This document shows, piece by piece, positions 18,342-27,865 of a DNA stretch of 64,000 nucleotides. The notes under the pieces are model-generated. The model saw only the letters and a program-made list of their open reading frames with translations. It did no database searches and was not told the DNA's origin. This stretch comes from a virus. The position numbers were made by a program, and so were the translations under genes. Positions within the stretch are counted from its first letter, which is position 1. Each line of letters begins with the position of its first letter. The stretch lies in IMG/VR virus record IMGVR_UViG_3300045988_112739; one strand, written 5' to 3'.

Positions 18342-18876
18342 ACCTAATAAGTTATTAGTAATAGTTGGGGAAAGCGGTTGTGGCAAAACAAGCATTGCAG
18401 AAAAGCTACAACAGTATGGACTCAAATTAATACAAAGCTATACTACAAGACCCAAAAGAAAACCGCTTGAAACAGGACACACATTTATCACTAAAGAAGA
18501 TTTTGATAAGATTAGTGATAAGGTAGCATATTTAAAGAAATATGGTGCAGAATATTGCACAACTAAGCAACAGGTTGAAGATTGTGATATTTGTATATTA
18601 GACCCTAATTCAGCAAGGGTTCTTAAAAAGAATTATGATGGTGATAAAAAGATACTCACTATATACATAAAGACTAGTATAGATACTAGATATACTAATA
18701 TGACGAGAAGAAGAAAAGATAGTGAGAGAGCTGCAATGAACAGGATATTAGAAGATAATGACATCTTTAAAGGAGTAAGTGAAATTGCAGACTGTATCAT
18801 AGAAAATGAAAACACAGATTTAGATGTTCTCTGTGCCTATATATATAATGAAATTTATAAGGGTGATAATATATGA
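18334..18876 (+). CDS. guanylate kinase-like deoxynucleoside monophosphate kinase
   Basis: P-loop GESGCGKTS and YTTRPKRKPLETGHTF. The ATG overlaps the upstream stop (ATGGATAA). Confidence 0.65.
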   Translation: MDKPNKLLVIVGESGCGKTSIAEKLQQYGLKLIQSYTTRPKRKPLETGHTFITKEDFDKISDKVAYLKKYGAEYCTTKQQVEDCDICILDPNSARVLKKNYDGDKKILTIYIKTSIDTRYTNMTRRRKDSERAAMNRILEDNDIFKGVSEIADCIIENENTDLDVLCAYIYNEIYKGDNI

Positions 18877-21074
18877 TTAAGGTCATCAAACGTAATGGCA
18901 ATACAGTCCCTTTTGAAAGGCAAAAGATTAATAACGCCATATTAAAAGCATATAACGAAATCTACCCTGATAGAAGTGATAACATTGAATTATCAAATAA
19001 CGATGCCAATATAATTTCTTTGCATATAATGAACTGTGATAACGAAAAAATTGATGTAGAAGAAATACAGAACATGGTAGAAGACCATTTAATGGGAATG
19101 GATAAATCTGTCGCAAGGGCTTATATTAGATATAGATATAAAAGGCTATTAGCAAGAAATATGAAGCAAACCGATAATGAAATGTTATCTCTTATTGATT
19201 GTGAGAACGAAACTATAAAGGAAGAAAACTCAAATAAAAATCCGGCATTACTTCCTACTCAAAGAGATTATATGGCGGGTACAGTCTCAAAGGATTTAAC
19301 AAACAGAGTCCTTCTCCCGGAAGATATTGTGAAAGCTCATAACGAAGGGATTATTCATTTTCACGATGCAGATTATTTTGCTCAGCATATGCATAACTGC
19401 GATTTAATTGACCTCAATGATATGCTACAAAATGGGACAGTTATCAGCGGCACAATGATTGAAAAGCCACATAGTTTTGCAACTGCGTGTACCATTGCTA
19501 CACAAATTATCGCACAGGTAGCTAGTAATCAGTATGGCGGTCAGAGTATAACTTTGTCGGCACTTGCGCCATTTGTCGATATTTCACGACAAAAAATCCG
19601 CAAAGAGGTTGAACATTTTTTTAAATCTTTTAATTGGGAGATTAAAGATGGTGATTTACCTACTATTGATGATATTGTAGAAGAAAGAGTACAAGAAGAA
19701 ATTAAGCGCGGTGTTCAAACTATTCAATATCAAATAGTTACACTTATGACAACAAATGGTCAGTCCCCATTCGTAACCGTATTTATGTATCTTAACGAAG
19801 TACAGAACAAGCAAACAAAACACGACCTTGCACTTATTATTGAAGAGGTACTTAAACAGCGTTATCAGGGAGTTAAGAATGAAGTTGGTGTTTGGATAAC
19901 ACCTGCTTTCCCGAAACTTATTTATGTCCTTGAAGAAGATAATATTCACGAGAACTCACCTTATTATTATCTTACCAAACTTGCTGCAAAGTGTACTGCA
20001 AAAAGGCTTGTTCCAGATTATATTAGTGAAAAGGTAATGAAACAGCTTAAAGATGGTCATTGCTTTACAAGTATGGGTTGCAGAAGCTTTCTTTCACCTT
20101 GGAAAGATGAAAACGGAAATTATAAATTCTATGGTAGATTTAATAAAGGTGTCGTAACAATTAATCTTGTTGATGTTGCGCTCACAGCAAAGAAGAATAA
20201 CCCAAATAATATAATGACAGAATTTTGGAAGATATTTGATGAACGTCTGGAACTTTGTCATAGAGCTTTGATTTGTAGATATGAAAGACTCAAGGGTACA
20301 CCGTCAGATGTTGCACCTATTCTTTGGCAATATGGAGCATTGACAAGACTTAAAAAGGGTGAAGTAATTGATAAATACCTTACAGGTGGTTATTCAAGTA
20401 TTTCTCTTGGCTATGCAGGTCTGTGGGAATGTGTTTATGCTTTAACTGGTCACAAACTTACTGAAAAAACAGGTCGGGATATCGGCAAGAAAATAATGCA
20501 GTATATGAACGATAAGTGTGACGATTGGAATAAAGACCTTAATCTCGGATTTTCAATTTACGGTACACCTCTTGAATCGACAACATATAAGTTCGCCAAG
20601 TGTTTACAGAAGCGTTTTGGTATTATAAAGGGTGTAACCGATAAGAATTACATAACCAATAGTTATCATATACACGTTACAGAACCTATTGATGCTTTCA
20701 CAAAGCTTTCTATAGAATCTGAGTTTCAGTCTCTTTCAACCGGAGGAGCAATTAGCTATGTAGAAGTTCCTAATCTAAATAATAATATTGAAGCAGTGCT
20801 TGAAGTAATCAAGTTTATTTATGACCATATAATGTATGCTGAACTCAATACAAAATCTGATTATTGTCAAGTATGTGGATTTGATGGCGAGATACAGATT
20901 ATTGAAGATAAAGAAACAGGTAAACTTGTATGGGAATGTCCCAATTGTGGCAATAGAGATGAAAAGAAACTAAACGTGGCTAGAAGAACTTGTGGTTATA
21001 TAGGAAGTAATTTTTGGAACGCAGGGCGAACTCAAGAAATAAAAGAAAGAGTTATACATATAGGAGACAATTAA
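18873..21074 (+). CDS. nrdD: anaerobic ribonucleoside-triphosphate reductase
   Basis: N-terminal ATP-cone (VIKRNGNTVPFERQKI). C-terminal Zn site CQVCG...CPNCG. Glycyl radical motif RRTCGYIG. Confidence 0.85.
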   Translation: MIKVIKRNGNTVPFERQKINNAILKAYNEIYPDRSDNIELSNNDANIISLHIMNCDNEKIDVEEIQNMVEDHLMGMDKSVARAYIRYRYKRLLARNMKQTDNEMLSLIDCENETIKEENSNKNPALLPTQRDYMAGTVSKDLTNRVLLPEDIVKAHNEGIIHFHDADYFAQHMHNCDLIDLNDMLQNGTVISGTMIEKPHSFATACTIATQIIAQVASNQYGGQSITLSALAPFVDISRQKIRKEVEHFFKSFNWEIKDGDLPTIDDIVEERVQEEIKRGVQTIQYQIVTLMTTNGQSPFVTVFMYLNEVQNKQTKHDLALIIEEVLKQRYQGVKNEVGVWITPAFPKLIYVLEEDNIHENSPYYYLTKLAAKCTAKRLVPDYISEKVMKQLKDGHCFTSMGCRSFLSPWKDENGNYKFYGRFNKGVVTINLVDVALTAKKNNPNNIMTEFWKIFDERLELCHRALICRYERLKGTPSDVAPILWQYGALTRLKKGEVIDKYLTGGYSSISLGYAGLWECVYALTGHKLTEKTGRDIGKKIMQYMNDKCDDWNKDLNLGFSIYGTPLESTTYKFAKCLQKRFGIIKGVTDKNYITNSYHIHVTEPIDAFTKLSIESEFQSLSTGGAISYVEVPNLNNNIEAVLEVIKFIYDHIMYAELNTKSDYCQVCGFDGEIQIIEDKETGKLVWECPNCGNRDEKKLNVARRTCGYIGSNFWNAGRTQEIKERVIHIGDN

Positions 21075-21556
21075 TGATTATATCTGAAAATTTTAAATCT
21101 TTGTGGATTGAAAATTATGGGTATATTCAGGTTGGAACAGATGGAACGATTATTGGCAAAAAAGGCGTCTTAAAACCTAATAATCAAAACACTAAAGGTT
21201 ATTATAGAGTTCATCTTGGAAAACATATGTATTCTGTGCATAGACTTGTTGCTGAAGCTTTTATACCGAATCCTAATAATTATCCACAAGTAAACCATAT
21301 TGATGGTGATAAAAATAATAACACTGTTTATAATTTAGAGTGGTGCAACAATAAATACAATCGAAGACACGCAGTAATTAATAATCTATCCAGTGCAAAA
21401 ATCACTTTAGAACAAGCAAATGAAATAAGAAACAAATATAATAATGAAAAGATAACATACCAACGGTTAGGAACTATGTATAATCTTGATAGCAGTATGA
21501 TAGGATATATTATTCGAGGCGATAGTTGGAATTATGAATTACATAAAAATCAGTAA
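21074..21556 (+). CDS. free-standing HNH homing endonuclease between nrdD and nrdG
   Basis: ATG overlaps the nrdD stop (TAATG), with RBS taggag. VHRLVAEAFIPNP...VNHIDGDKNNNTVYNLEW (HNH_3 type). C-terminal helix-turn-helix-like tail. Confidence 0.7.
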   Translation: MIISENFKSLWIENYGYIQVGTDGTIIGKKGVLKPNNQNTKGYYRVHLGKHMYSVHRLVAEAFIPNPNNYPQVNHIDGDKNNNTVYNLEWCNNKYNRRHAVINNLSSAKITLEQANEIRNKYNNEKITYQRLGTMYNLDSSMIGYIIRGDSWNYELHKNQ

Positions 21557-22070
21557 ATATGATACTGCCAATGGTATAGGCATAGGAGTTGTACTCTGGG
21601 TCTCGGGGTGCAACCGCCACTGCTTTGGTTGTCACAATCCTCAAACTTGGAATTTTATTGCAGGGCAACCCTTTACAGAGAATACAATGCAAGAACTTCT
21701 CGAAGCACTTGATAAGCCTTATATCTCTCGACTAACTCTTTCTGGAGGACATCCTCTTGAGTTTCAAAATATTAATACAGTTTATAGAATTGTTAAAACT
21801 GTTAAAGAAAAGTTTCCTGACAAGACAATCTGGCTTTACACGGGTTACACTTGGGAAGAGATTTTAGAGCAATATAAGATATGGGAAGACCATGAAGTTA
21901 ATGGTATCTGCTCATTAGATGTCGTAAGATACTGTGACGTTCTTGTTGATGGCAGATATGAAGATGATAAAAGAGACATTTCTCTCGCTTGGAGGGGGTC
22001 GTCTAATCAGAGAGTTATTGATATTAAAGAAAGCCTAAATCAAAGCAAAGTAGTTCTTTATTGTGAATAA
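21534..22070 (+). CDS. nrdG: anaerobic ribonucleotide reductase activating protein (radical SAM)
   Basis: DTANGIGIGVVLWVSGCNRHCFGCHNPQTW is the typical NrdG CxxxCxxC region. Confidence 0.8.
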   Translation: MNYIKISKYDTANGIGIGVVLWVSGCNRHCFGCHNPQTWNFIAGQPFTENTMQELLEALDKPYISRLTLSGGHPLEFQNINTVYRIVKTVKEKFPDKTIWLYTGYTWEEILEQYKIWEDHEVNGICSLDVVRYCDVLVDGRYEDDKRDISLAWRGSSNQRVIDIKESLNQSKVVLYCE

Positions 22071-22103
22071 TCACACCAATTTCAAAGTAAAGTAAGACAG
22101 ATA

Positions 22104-22150
22104 ATATATAGTGTATGCCATTATAGCTTGTTTTGACTTACACTATATAT
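22104..22150 (+). terminator. long-loop inverted repeat after nrdG
   Basis: atatatagtgta-23 nt-tacactatatat. No clean T-tract, so its function is uncertain. Confidence 0.3.
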
Positions 22151-22191
22151 TAAATTTTACCATAAAGCAAAAATTTCATTGACAGAAGGAG

Positions 22192-23055
22192 ATGTTAAAA
22201 ATAAATCAGAAATACATAAAATCACCTATAAATTATGTAGGTAATAAATATCGTCTAATCAAGCAGATTATACCTTTGTTTCCTAAAAAAATTTCAATGT
22301 TTGTAGATATTTTCGGCGGTTCAGGAACAGTCTTAATGAACACAGAAGCAGACCATTATATATATAACGAAGTTAATCCTTATGTTTCAGATATTGTGTC
22401 GGGATTGTTCTCAACGCCTTATGATGAAATAATCGAACAGATTGAAAACATCATTTCAGAATACGATTTGAGTATGATAAATAAGGAAGGCTTTGAAAGA
22501 CTTCGTGATAGTTATAATAATGGCAGAAAAGATTGGATTGCACTATATACTTTGATGTGCCATTCATTTAATCATCAGTTCCGTTTTAATAACAAGCACG
22601 AATATAATAGCAGTTTCGGTAAAAATCGCAGTTATTTTTCTGACAGGCAAAGACAGGACTTACTTGCTTTGAAACAGAGATTTGAGAATAAAGACCCTAT
22701 AATAGTATCGTCTAAAAACGCTTTCGATTTTGATTTTTCAGACTTTAACGAGAACGATTTGGTATATTTTGACCCACCTTATTTTAACTCTGTTGGTAAT
22801 TATAACGATGGAAAACGTGGTTTTGAGGGTTGGACTGCCGAACACGAAAAGAAACTTTACGAATTACTGGATAGATTGGATGAACAGGGAACAAGATGGG
22901 CTTTATCAAATAACTTAAAATACAATAATGGATTTTTAGATGCTTGGAAAGATAAATATAATATTCACTATTTATCTGGAGACTATCTAAATTGTAGTTA
23001 TCATAAGAAAGACCGAGAAACCAAAGATATAGAAGTGCTGATAACAAATTATTAA
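22192..23055 (+). CDS. dam: Dam-like N6-adenine DNA methyltransferase (D12 class)
   Basis: FVDIFGGSGTV (motif I) and VYFDPPYF (DPPY motif IV). Confidence 0.75.
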   Translation: MLKINQKYIKSPINYVGNKYRLIKQIIPLFPKKISMFVDIFGGSGTVLMNTEADHYIYNEVNPYVSDIVSGLFSTPYDEIIEQIENIISEYDLSMINKEGFERLRDSYNNGRKDWIALYTLMCHSFNHQFRFNNKHEYNSSFGKNRSYFSDRQRQDLLALKQRFENKDPIIVSSKNAFDFDFSDFNENDLVYFDPPYFNSVGNYNDGKRGFEGWTAEHEKKLYELLDRLDEQGTRWALSNNLKYNNGFLDAWKDKYNIHYLSGDYLNCSYHKKDRETKDIEVLITNY

Positions 23056-23112
23056 AAAGCATACTATATATAGCGCTTTGTGCTCGAAATATTGTTTTAT
23101 TTCAGAAATGAC

Positions 23113-23141
23113 TTGACAAAACAGTTCCGTTGTGATATAAT
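23113..23141 (+). promoter_or_regulatory. sigma70-type promoter P6
   Basis: aatgaCTTGACAaaa, 17-nt spacer, TGtgaTATAAT. Confidence 0.75.
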
Positions 23142-23166
23142 ATAATCACAACGGAATTTATCTTTT
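23125..23166 (+). terminator. terminator-like hairpin enclosing the -10 of P6
   Basis: ttccgttgtgat-ataatata-atcacaacggaa 12-bp stem followed by tttatctttt. Confidence 0.5.
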
Positions 23167-23176
23167 AGGAGGTTTT

Positions 23177-23479
23177 ATGGAAAAATTTTGTAAATACTGT
23201 GGGAAGCCACTAAAGGAAAGAGTTGCTTGTTACGATAGAGAACTTTATTGTGACTGCGAACAAACTCAGTTAGCAAATGAATTAGGTCGTAAAATAAGAA
23301 CCACACAAGATGTTTTAAATGCTGATATAGAAGATTATGAACATATGCCATATACTAGTGACAAAGGGAAAGAGTTTATTGCTCTTATAAAGCAAAGAAA
23401 TGCACTTAATTACCAAATTCACAATATGGAAAACGATTATGGCTTTTCAGAAGAAACGGTAAAGAAGTGGTGTTGGTGA
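23177..23479 (+). CDS. zinc-ribbon protein
   Basis: CKYCG...CYDRELYCDC. RBS taggagg. Confidence 0.5.
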   Translation: MEKFCKYCGKPLKERVACYDRELYCDCEQTQLANELGRKIRTTQDVLNADIEDYEHMPYTSDKGKEFIALIKQRNALNYQIHNMENDYGFSEETVKKWCW

Positions 23480-23515
23480 ACAAAATCAGAGAGGGTCTGA
23501 GAGGAGATAATCAAA

Positions 23516-23725
23516 ATGATTCGAGTATTATTTGAAAATTCAAATGGCAAAACAAGAATTATCGGAGAAGTAATTACACAGAAAGAGGCGTTTAAGGTAG
23601 TCGGCAGTTTTCTTGACGAACATAATTATAAGTCTTACTATAAGAGGACATGGAAAACCGATGACAAGACCACTGCTGTTGACGTAGGAAGTTATACGGA
23701 GAGATTTTATTTTAAGGAGATATAG
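23516..23725 (+). CDS. hypothetical protein
   Basis: ORF with RBS gaggag. Confidence 0.5.
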   Translation: MIRVLFENSNGKTRIIGEVITQKEAFKVVGSFLDEHNYKSYYKRTWKTDDKTTAVDVGSYTERFYFKEI

Positions 23726-23900
23726 AACGGCTAAATATAAATGTATAGATTGTAAGAAAAGTAAATCCTGCATAAATAAAAAGGGCAGTTATCAATATTG
23801 TTTTGAACCACGGGATGGCAATGTTGATAAGAATTCCTATAAGTATATTCATGTTTTAGACCGAGCTATAGTTGACTTTAATTGTGGAAAAAGGAAATGA
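23709..23900 (+). CDS. Cys-rich small protein, possible ATT start
   Basis: Open frame with no ATG/GTG/TTG. ATT at 23709 is 5 nt after ggagag. Encodes KCIDCKKSKSC...YCFEP...FNCG. Confidence 0.3.
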   Translation: MLRRYRTAKYKCIDCKKSKSCINKKGSYQYCFEPRDGNVDKNSYKYIHVLDRAIVDFNCGKRK

Positions 23901-23906
23901 TGTTTT

Positions 23907-24062
23907 ATGTTATTCTGTAAGCACAAATATAATTATGTAAAAACAATAGATGTTTATGGTTCTTTTAGTGATGGTACTTGTACAGCAAATCCCGTAAGCA
24001 TTATAATTGTACAACGTTGTGAAAAGTGTGGTAGAATTAAGAAAGTGAGGATAAAGGCGTGA
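23907..24062 (+). CDS. small Cys-containing protein (51 aa)
   Basis: ATG 9 nt after aaggaaa. FCKH...QRCEKCG. Below the track size cut-off. Confidence 0.35.
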   Translation: MLFCKHKYNYVKTIDVYGSFSDGTCTANPVSIIIVQRCEKCGRIKKVRIKA

Positions 24063-24694
24063 GCTTAACACCAGAAGAATTTATAAAAAAGCATAATCTA
24101 AATAATATTGTAATTAATAGCAATGAAATGCCATTTGGTGAATTACCTGAAATAATAGTAAATGATGCCGATAAAAATAACCTTGTCATTGTATATGGTT
24201 ATTCAGATGACCTTTGTGAACTCCGTGGAGCTATTGTCGAAGAACACGATTGTTATGATGGTGGTAAAATCACAGTATATGGTAAGCCAATAAAGATAAT
24301 TTGGCACAATGATTATAGTAAATATTCATGGACATATGAAACGGATATTCCTCATGCTTGTTTTGATATTAACGAAATGAATGATACAATATATAGTTAT
24401 TGCCAAGCTATTGTATTTTCGTTAGAAAAGTTAGATAATACAGATAATATACCAATTCTTCTTCCCTGTCCTATTTGTGAAGGAAAAGTAAGAGTATCTT
24501 TTGTAGACGAAGACGAAAAACACGCATATTCTATAATAAAATGTGATTATTGCAAATTATCAATGAAAGGTAATGGCTATTATTTGCAGTCTGATAATGT
24601 TTCAGAAGCACGACTGCAATCATTGAGTATATTAGTAAATAATTGGAATGATAGAAGAAAGAAAAATAACACATCTATAAAAGGAGAAATATAA
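24059..24694 (+). CDS. hypothetical protein with C-terminal Lar-like (restriction alleviation) zinc ribbon
   Basis: LLPCPICEGKV...IKCDYCKLSMKG...EARLQSLSILVNNWNDR resembles the Lar family pattern CPFCG...C..C....a...WN.R. Confidence 0.4.
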   Translation: MSLTPEEFIKKHNLNNIVINSNEMPFGELPEIIVNDADKNNLVIVYGYSDDLCELRGAIVEEHDCYDGGKITVYGKPIKIIWHNDYSKYSWTYETDIPHACFDINEMNDTIYSYCQAIVFSLEKLDNTDNIPILLPCPICEGKVRVSFVDEDEKHAYSIIKCDYCKLSMKGNGYYLQSDNVSEARLQSLSILVNNWNDRRKKNNTSIKGEI

Positions 24695-24765
24695 ATGAAC
24701 TTCATATGGAATAAGAATTAATTTTTACGATAAAACACAAATTTGATTTTTGATAAGGAGAAATT

Positions 24766-25233
24766 ATGACTATTGAAGAACTTGAAAAGCAGATAGCAAG
24801 CCTGCGAGAGGAAGTTAGGAAACTGAAAGAAACCAAGACTGCCAAGCCGTGGAGGGCGGCTAAGGGAGGCTGGTATTACTACATTGATTCAGACGGAATT
24901 GTTGTGAAAGACTTAGACGATTATAGCGAGGCGCATTTACGCAGATTCCAATTCGGCAATTATTACCGTTGTAAAGAACTTGCTCATCTGGGTGTAAATG
25001 AACTGCGTCTTAGAGGCAGAATAAGACAACTTCGTGATACGATGTGTGAGGGGTATCGGTTTACTCCGAACGCATGCAATTACTTTATATTTTTCTCAGT
25101 AGTTGACATGAAATATTGCAAATGTTGGGAACGCGTTTGCCAAAGGGAATACACGGTTTATTTTGACACAGAAGAACATGCTCAACAGGTCTGTGATATT
25201 CTGAATGCTGAACTAAAAGATACAAATATATAA
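24766..25233 (+). CDS. hypothetical protein
   Basis: ORF with RBS aaggag. N-terminal coiled coil. Confidence 0.5.
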   Translation: MTIEELEKQIASLREEVRKLKETKTAKPWRAAKGGWYYYIDSDGIVVKDLDDYSEAHLRRFQFGNYYRCKELAHLGVNELRLRGRIRQLRDTMCEGYRFTPNACNYFIFFSVVDMKYCKCWERVCQREYTVYFDTEEHAQQVCDILNAELKDTNI

Positions 25234-25351
25234 GGTGATACATAATGATTGTATATGAATATATGTGTGTAGATTGCCCTCCAGATATATGTCGTGGAGG
25301 TTGTCAATATTGCAAACCCAATACCTAATTCATTTTAGAAAGGACATAAAA

Positions 25352-26146
25352 ATGGCAAACGCAAATGCACTTCCACAAAAAGTAGGTGATTTTATTCGAT
25401 TTAGAGACAACAAAGATATCATTTTTCGTGTAGCATTTCATATGGCGTTAATAGTTCTTTTGGGCATAGCTGATGGAACAATGATTTATAAGAAATGTAC
25501 TAAAGAAAAGCAAGAACAGCAGCAAACACAAATAAGTAATGTTCTTAATAATGATTATACTCAAATCAGAAGCTCATTTGATTTAGATGTTCCCGACATT
25601 AATGTCGGGAACATAACCGCTACTAGTAATACATATCTTAATAACATGGCTGAATCATCAGAACCGATAAATTCAATAATCGTACAGACTGCCTCTGATA
25701 ATAAAAATGATACTACAACAAACCCAGTCACGCTTTATGATACCTTGTCTGAAAATGAAATAACAATGATTGAAATTACCATTCAACATGAAGTTGGTAA
25801 TTTCTCAAAAGAATACAAAACCTATGTAGCAGAGTTAATAAGAAACAGACTTGTTTCAGAGGATTTCCCTAATACAATCACAGAGGTCTTGTTCCAAAAG
25901 GGACAGTTCCAAGGAATATCAAACTGGTTATATTCAGGGATAACTCCTGATGAAGAAACCAAAGAGGTAGTTAAGGAAGTATTTAGTGCCGAAGGCACTT
26001 CACATTCAGCAACATATTACTACAATCCAGAGCTAAGCGAATACGATAGCATTATATGGTTTGAATATAGTGGAGATATAGAATATTTGTTTGAATATAG
26101 TGAAGATAGCTGGGGTACTACTTACACAACAAGGTTTTTTGTGTAA
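25352..26146 (+). CDS. SleB-like cell wall hydrolase with N-terminal membrane anchor
   Basis: Start MANANAL after aaagga. TM segment VAFHMALIVLLGIADG. HEVGNFSKEYKTYVAELIRNRL...FPNTITEVLFQKGQFQG matches the Hydrolase_2 pattern. Confidence 0.6.
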   Translation: MANANALPQKVGDFIRFRDNKDIIFRVAFHMALIVLLGIADGTMIYKKCTKEKQEQQQTQISNVLNNDYTQIRSSFDLDVPDINVGNITATSNTYLNNMAESSEPINSIIVQTASDNKNDTTTNPVTLYDTLSENEITMIEITIQHEVGNFSKEYKTYVAELIRNRLVSEDFPNTITEVLFQKGQFQGISNWLYSGITPDEETKEVVKEVFSAEGTSHSATYYYNPELSEYDSIIWFEYSGDIEYLFEYSEDSWGTTYTTRFFV

Positions 26147-26369
26147 GTTAATGTGAATATGAAAAAGATAAAATTTAGAAAAGGATAAAAGTAATCATAA
26201 CAAAAATGATAGAAAAAAATAGTAAATTATAAGGTAAGGTTAATAACTTATAATAAATCAGAAACATATATTTATCTTAAAATTATCTTTACCAAAGACA
26301 TTCCTAACGAAGAAGTTGTATATAAATATATAATTTAAAAGTTTGGTTTAAATATTGTTTAGATATGCT

Positions 26370-26391
26370 GGAGATGTAATTTTACATCTCC
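26370..26391 (+). terminator. hairpin at the end of an AT-rich 245-nt spacer
   Basis: ggagatgta-attt-tacatctcc 9-bp stem. Confidence 0.35.
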
Positions 26392-26412
26392 ATGTTTATT
26401 AAGGAGCTAATT

Positions 26413-26994
26413 GTGTCGAACTGGACTGATATAGATATAAGTAGTATAGAGTATGTTGAATATAGTAAGAGATTTTATGGACAGCCTAAATTAGTCAAAC
26501 CTAAAGAGTTAAAAAATATAAATTCTATTGGTTCTGTAAGTTTCATACAAAAGCGTTGTAATCCACAAATATTTATAAAAGATGATGATATTTGGATAGA
26601 ACATACGGATTATTTTTCTGCTAGATGGAATCCACCGCAAGGTGAAAGAATAGATATGCCATTGAATTATTATTTAAATAAATATTTTAATATTGATAGA
26701 AAAGAAAAATTTGTTTATTCAGATTGTTGGGGAGAAATAATTTTAAGAAATGAAGCATGGCTTAAAATTACAAATGTTGTTGATTTGATACGAAAATGCA
26801 ATTATAACCGCTATCAAGCAGAACTGAGAATGGCTCATGAAATATTAAATAAACAAATTTCTAACCTTGGGTTTGAAGATTATTCTTGTGAATGGGAACG
26901 ATACTGGGAAAATGTAATGCGATTTGTTAATAAATATTTATATGAACACAAAAATGACGTGGTTCAATTAAATTTCTTTTCAGAAATGACTTGA
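26413..26994 (+). CDS. hypothetical protein
   Basis: GTG 26413 lies 6 nt after aaggag. The track ATG 26392 lies at the hairpin edge. The stop TGA is inside the -35 hexamer of P7. Confidence 0.5.
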   Translation: MSNWTDIDISSIEYVEYSKRFYGQPKLVKPKELKNINSIGSVSFIQKRCNPQIFIKDDDIWIEHTDYFSARWNPPQGERIDMPLNYYLNKYFNIDRKEKFVYSDCWGEIILRNEAWLKITNVVDLIRKCNYNRYQAELRMAHEILNKQISNLGFEDYSCEWERYWENVMRFVNKYLYEHKNDVVQLNFFSEMT

Positions 26995-27019
26995 CAAACA
27001 AATATTTTTATGATATAAT
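26991..27019 (+). promoter_or_regulatory. sigma70-type promoter P7
   Basis: aatgaCTTGACAaac, 17-nt spacer, TGaTATAAT. Confidence 0.75.
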
Positions 27020-27045
27020 ATAGCTAATAAAAAGAGGTGGTTATA

Positions 27046-27459
27046 TTGAGAATTTGGCATTATAAACTATTAGAAGTCCTGCCCGATTTACAATTTAAAG
27101 GACAGCTAAGAGAACTAGTTGCTATTATGCATGATTGGAGAGATAAGGGCAAAACCAATCATGTCTTAATCAATGCAGTTATGGAATATCCTAAGAGCCA
27201 TTTATCAACCTATTTTGACTTATATAGAGCAGAATATAAAAGAAGATATCTCAAAGATATAAAATCCAGTATTGTTAAAGAGTTTTCAGATTTTGCTCCC
27301 AGTATTTCAAAAGTTGATAATTTACTCTGGCATAATGATGAATATATCTTAGTATGCGTATATAATTTATACGAAAAATATAAGTTTGGCAGAGGAAAAT
27401 CGAAAATATCCGAAGAAGATTGGCAAAGGATAGAAAATTATGCAAAGGATTTGATGTAA
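27046..27459 (+). CDS. TIGR02328/pyrimidine-dimer glycosylase (DenV)-like protein
   Basis: TTG 27046 lies 8 nt after agagg and gives MRIWHYKLLEVLPDLQFKGQLRELVAI, like the MRLWH..L...LP...L.GQ.RE family start. Confidence 0.4.
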   Translation: MRIWHYKLLEVLPDLQFKGQLRELVAIMHDWRDKGKTNHVLINAVMEYPKSHLSTYFDLYRAEYKRRYLKDIKSSIVKEFSDFAPSISKVDNLLWHNDEYILVCVYNLYEKYKFGRGKSKISEEDWQRIENYAKDLM

Positions 27460-27618
27460 CTTTATGAAAACAATACAGCGGTTTGGGAAATAAATTGTGA
27501 TGGATATTATGTATATTGTACAAACTGCTGGTATGAGCCAAGAGAATACAATCTTGATGAATTACCAGACTTTTGTCCTAAATGTAATTCTAAAATGAAG
27601 AAACCATATAAGTCAATG
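27460..27618 (+). other. start-less zinc-ribbon reading frame continuing in frame after the TAA at 27457
   Basis: 52 codons (..CDGYYVYCTNCWYE...FCPKCNSKM..) with no ATG/GTG/TTG before codon 46. Same frame as the upstream ORF. Confidence 0.3.
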
Positions 27619-27637
27619 AATAAGGAGAAAAGATATT

Positions 27638-27862
27638 ATGGAATGGATATGCGTTAGAAATAAACAGCCCGAAAGAAAAGGTTGGTATATTGTTTGCTAC
27701 GAATATAAAGGTTTTGATGGACGCTATTTTAATAGCGTCACATATAGCTATTTTAATGGCAAAAGTTGGAAAGAACAACGTGGCATCGGCTGGATTACTT
27801 ACTGGATGCCATTTCCTAATCCACCTAAAGAGGCTAATAAAGAAAACTATCAAAGGCTGTGA
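27638..27862 (+). CDS. DUF551-like phage protein
   Basis: WICVRNKQPERKGWYIVC...WITYWMPFPNPP matches the DUF551 pattern (W...d.lP...v.v.....v.HWmPlP.pP). Confidence 0.55.
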   Translation: MEWICVRNKQPERKGWYIVCYEYKGFDGRYFNSVTYSYFNGKSWKEQRGIGWITYWMPFPNPPKEANKENYQRL

Positions 27863-27865
27863 TTA

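Noticed and set aside
25245-25328. A 27-codon Cys-rich mini-ORF (MIVYEYMCVDCPPDICRGGCQYCKPNT) with RBS aaggtga.
   Set aside because: It is plausible but too short to call from sequence alone. It partly overlaps the upstream extension of the hydrolase track ORF.
26147-26391. The AT-rich 245-nt spacer as a replication origin.
   Set aside because: Only weak short repeats (gataaaa-like) are visible by eye, with no clear iterons or DnaA-type boxes. Support is insufficient.
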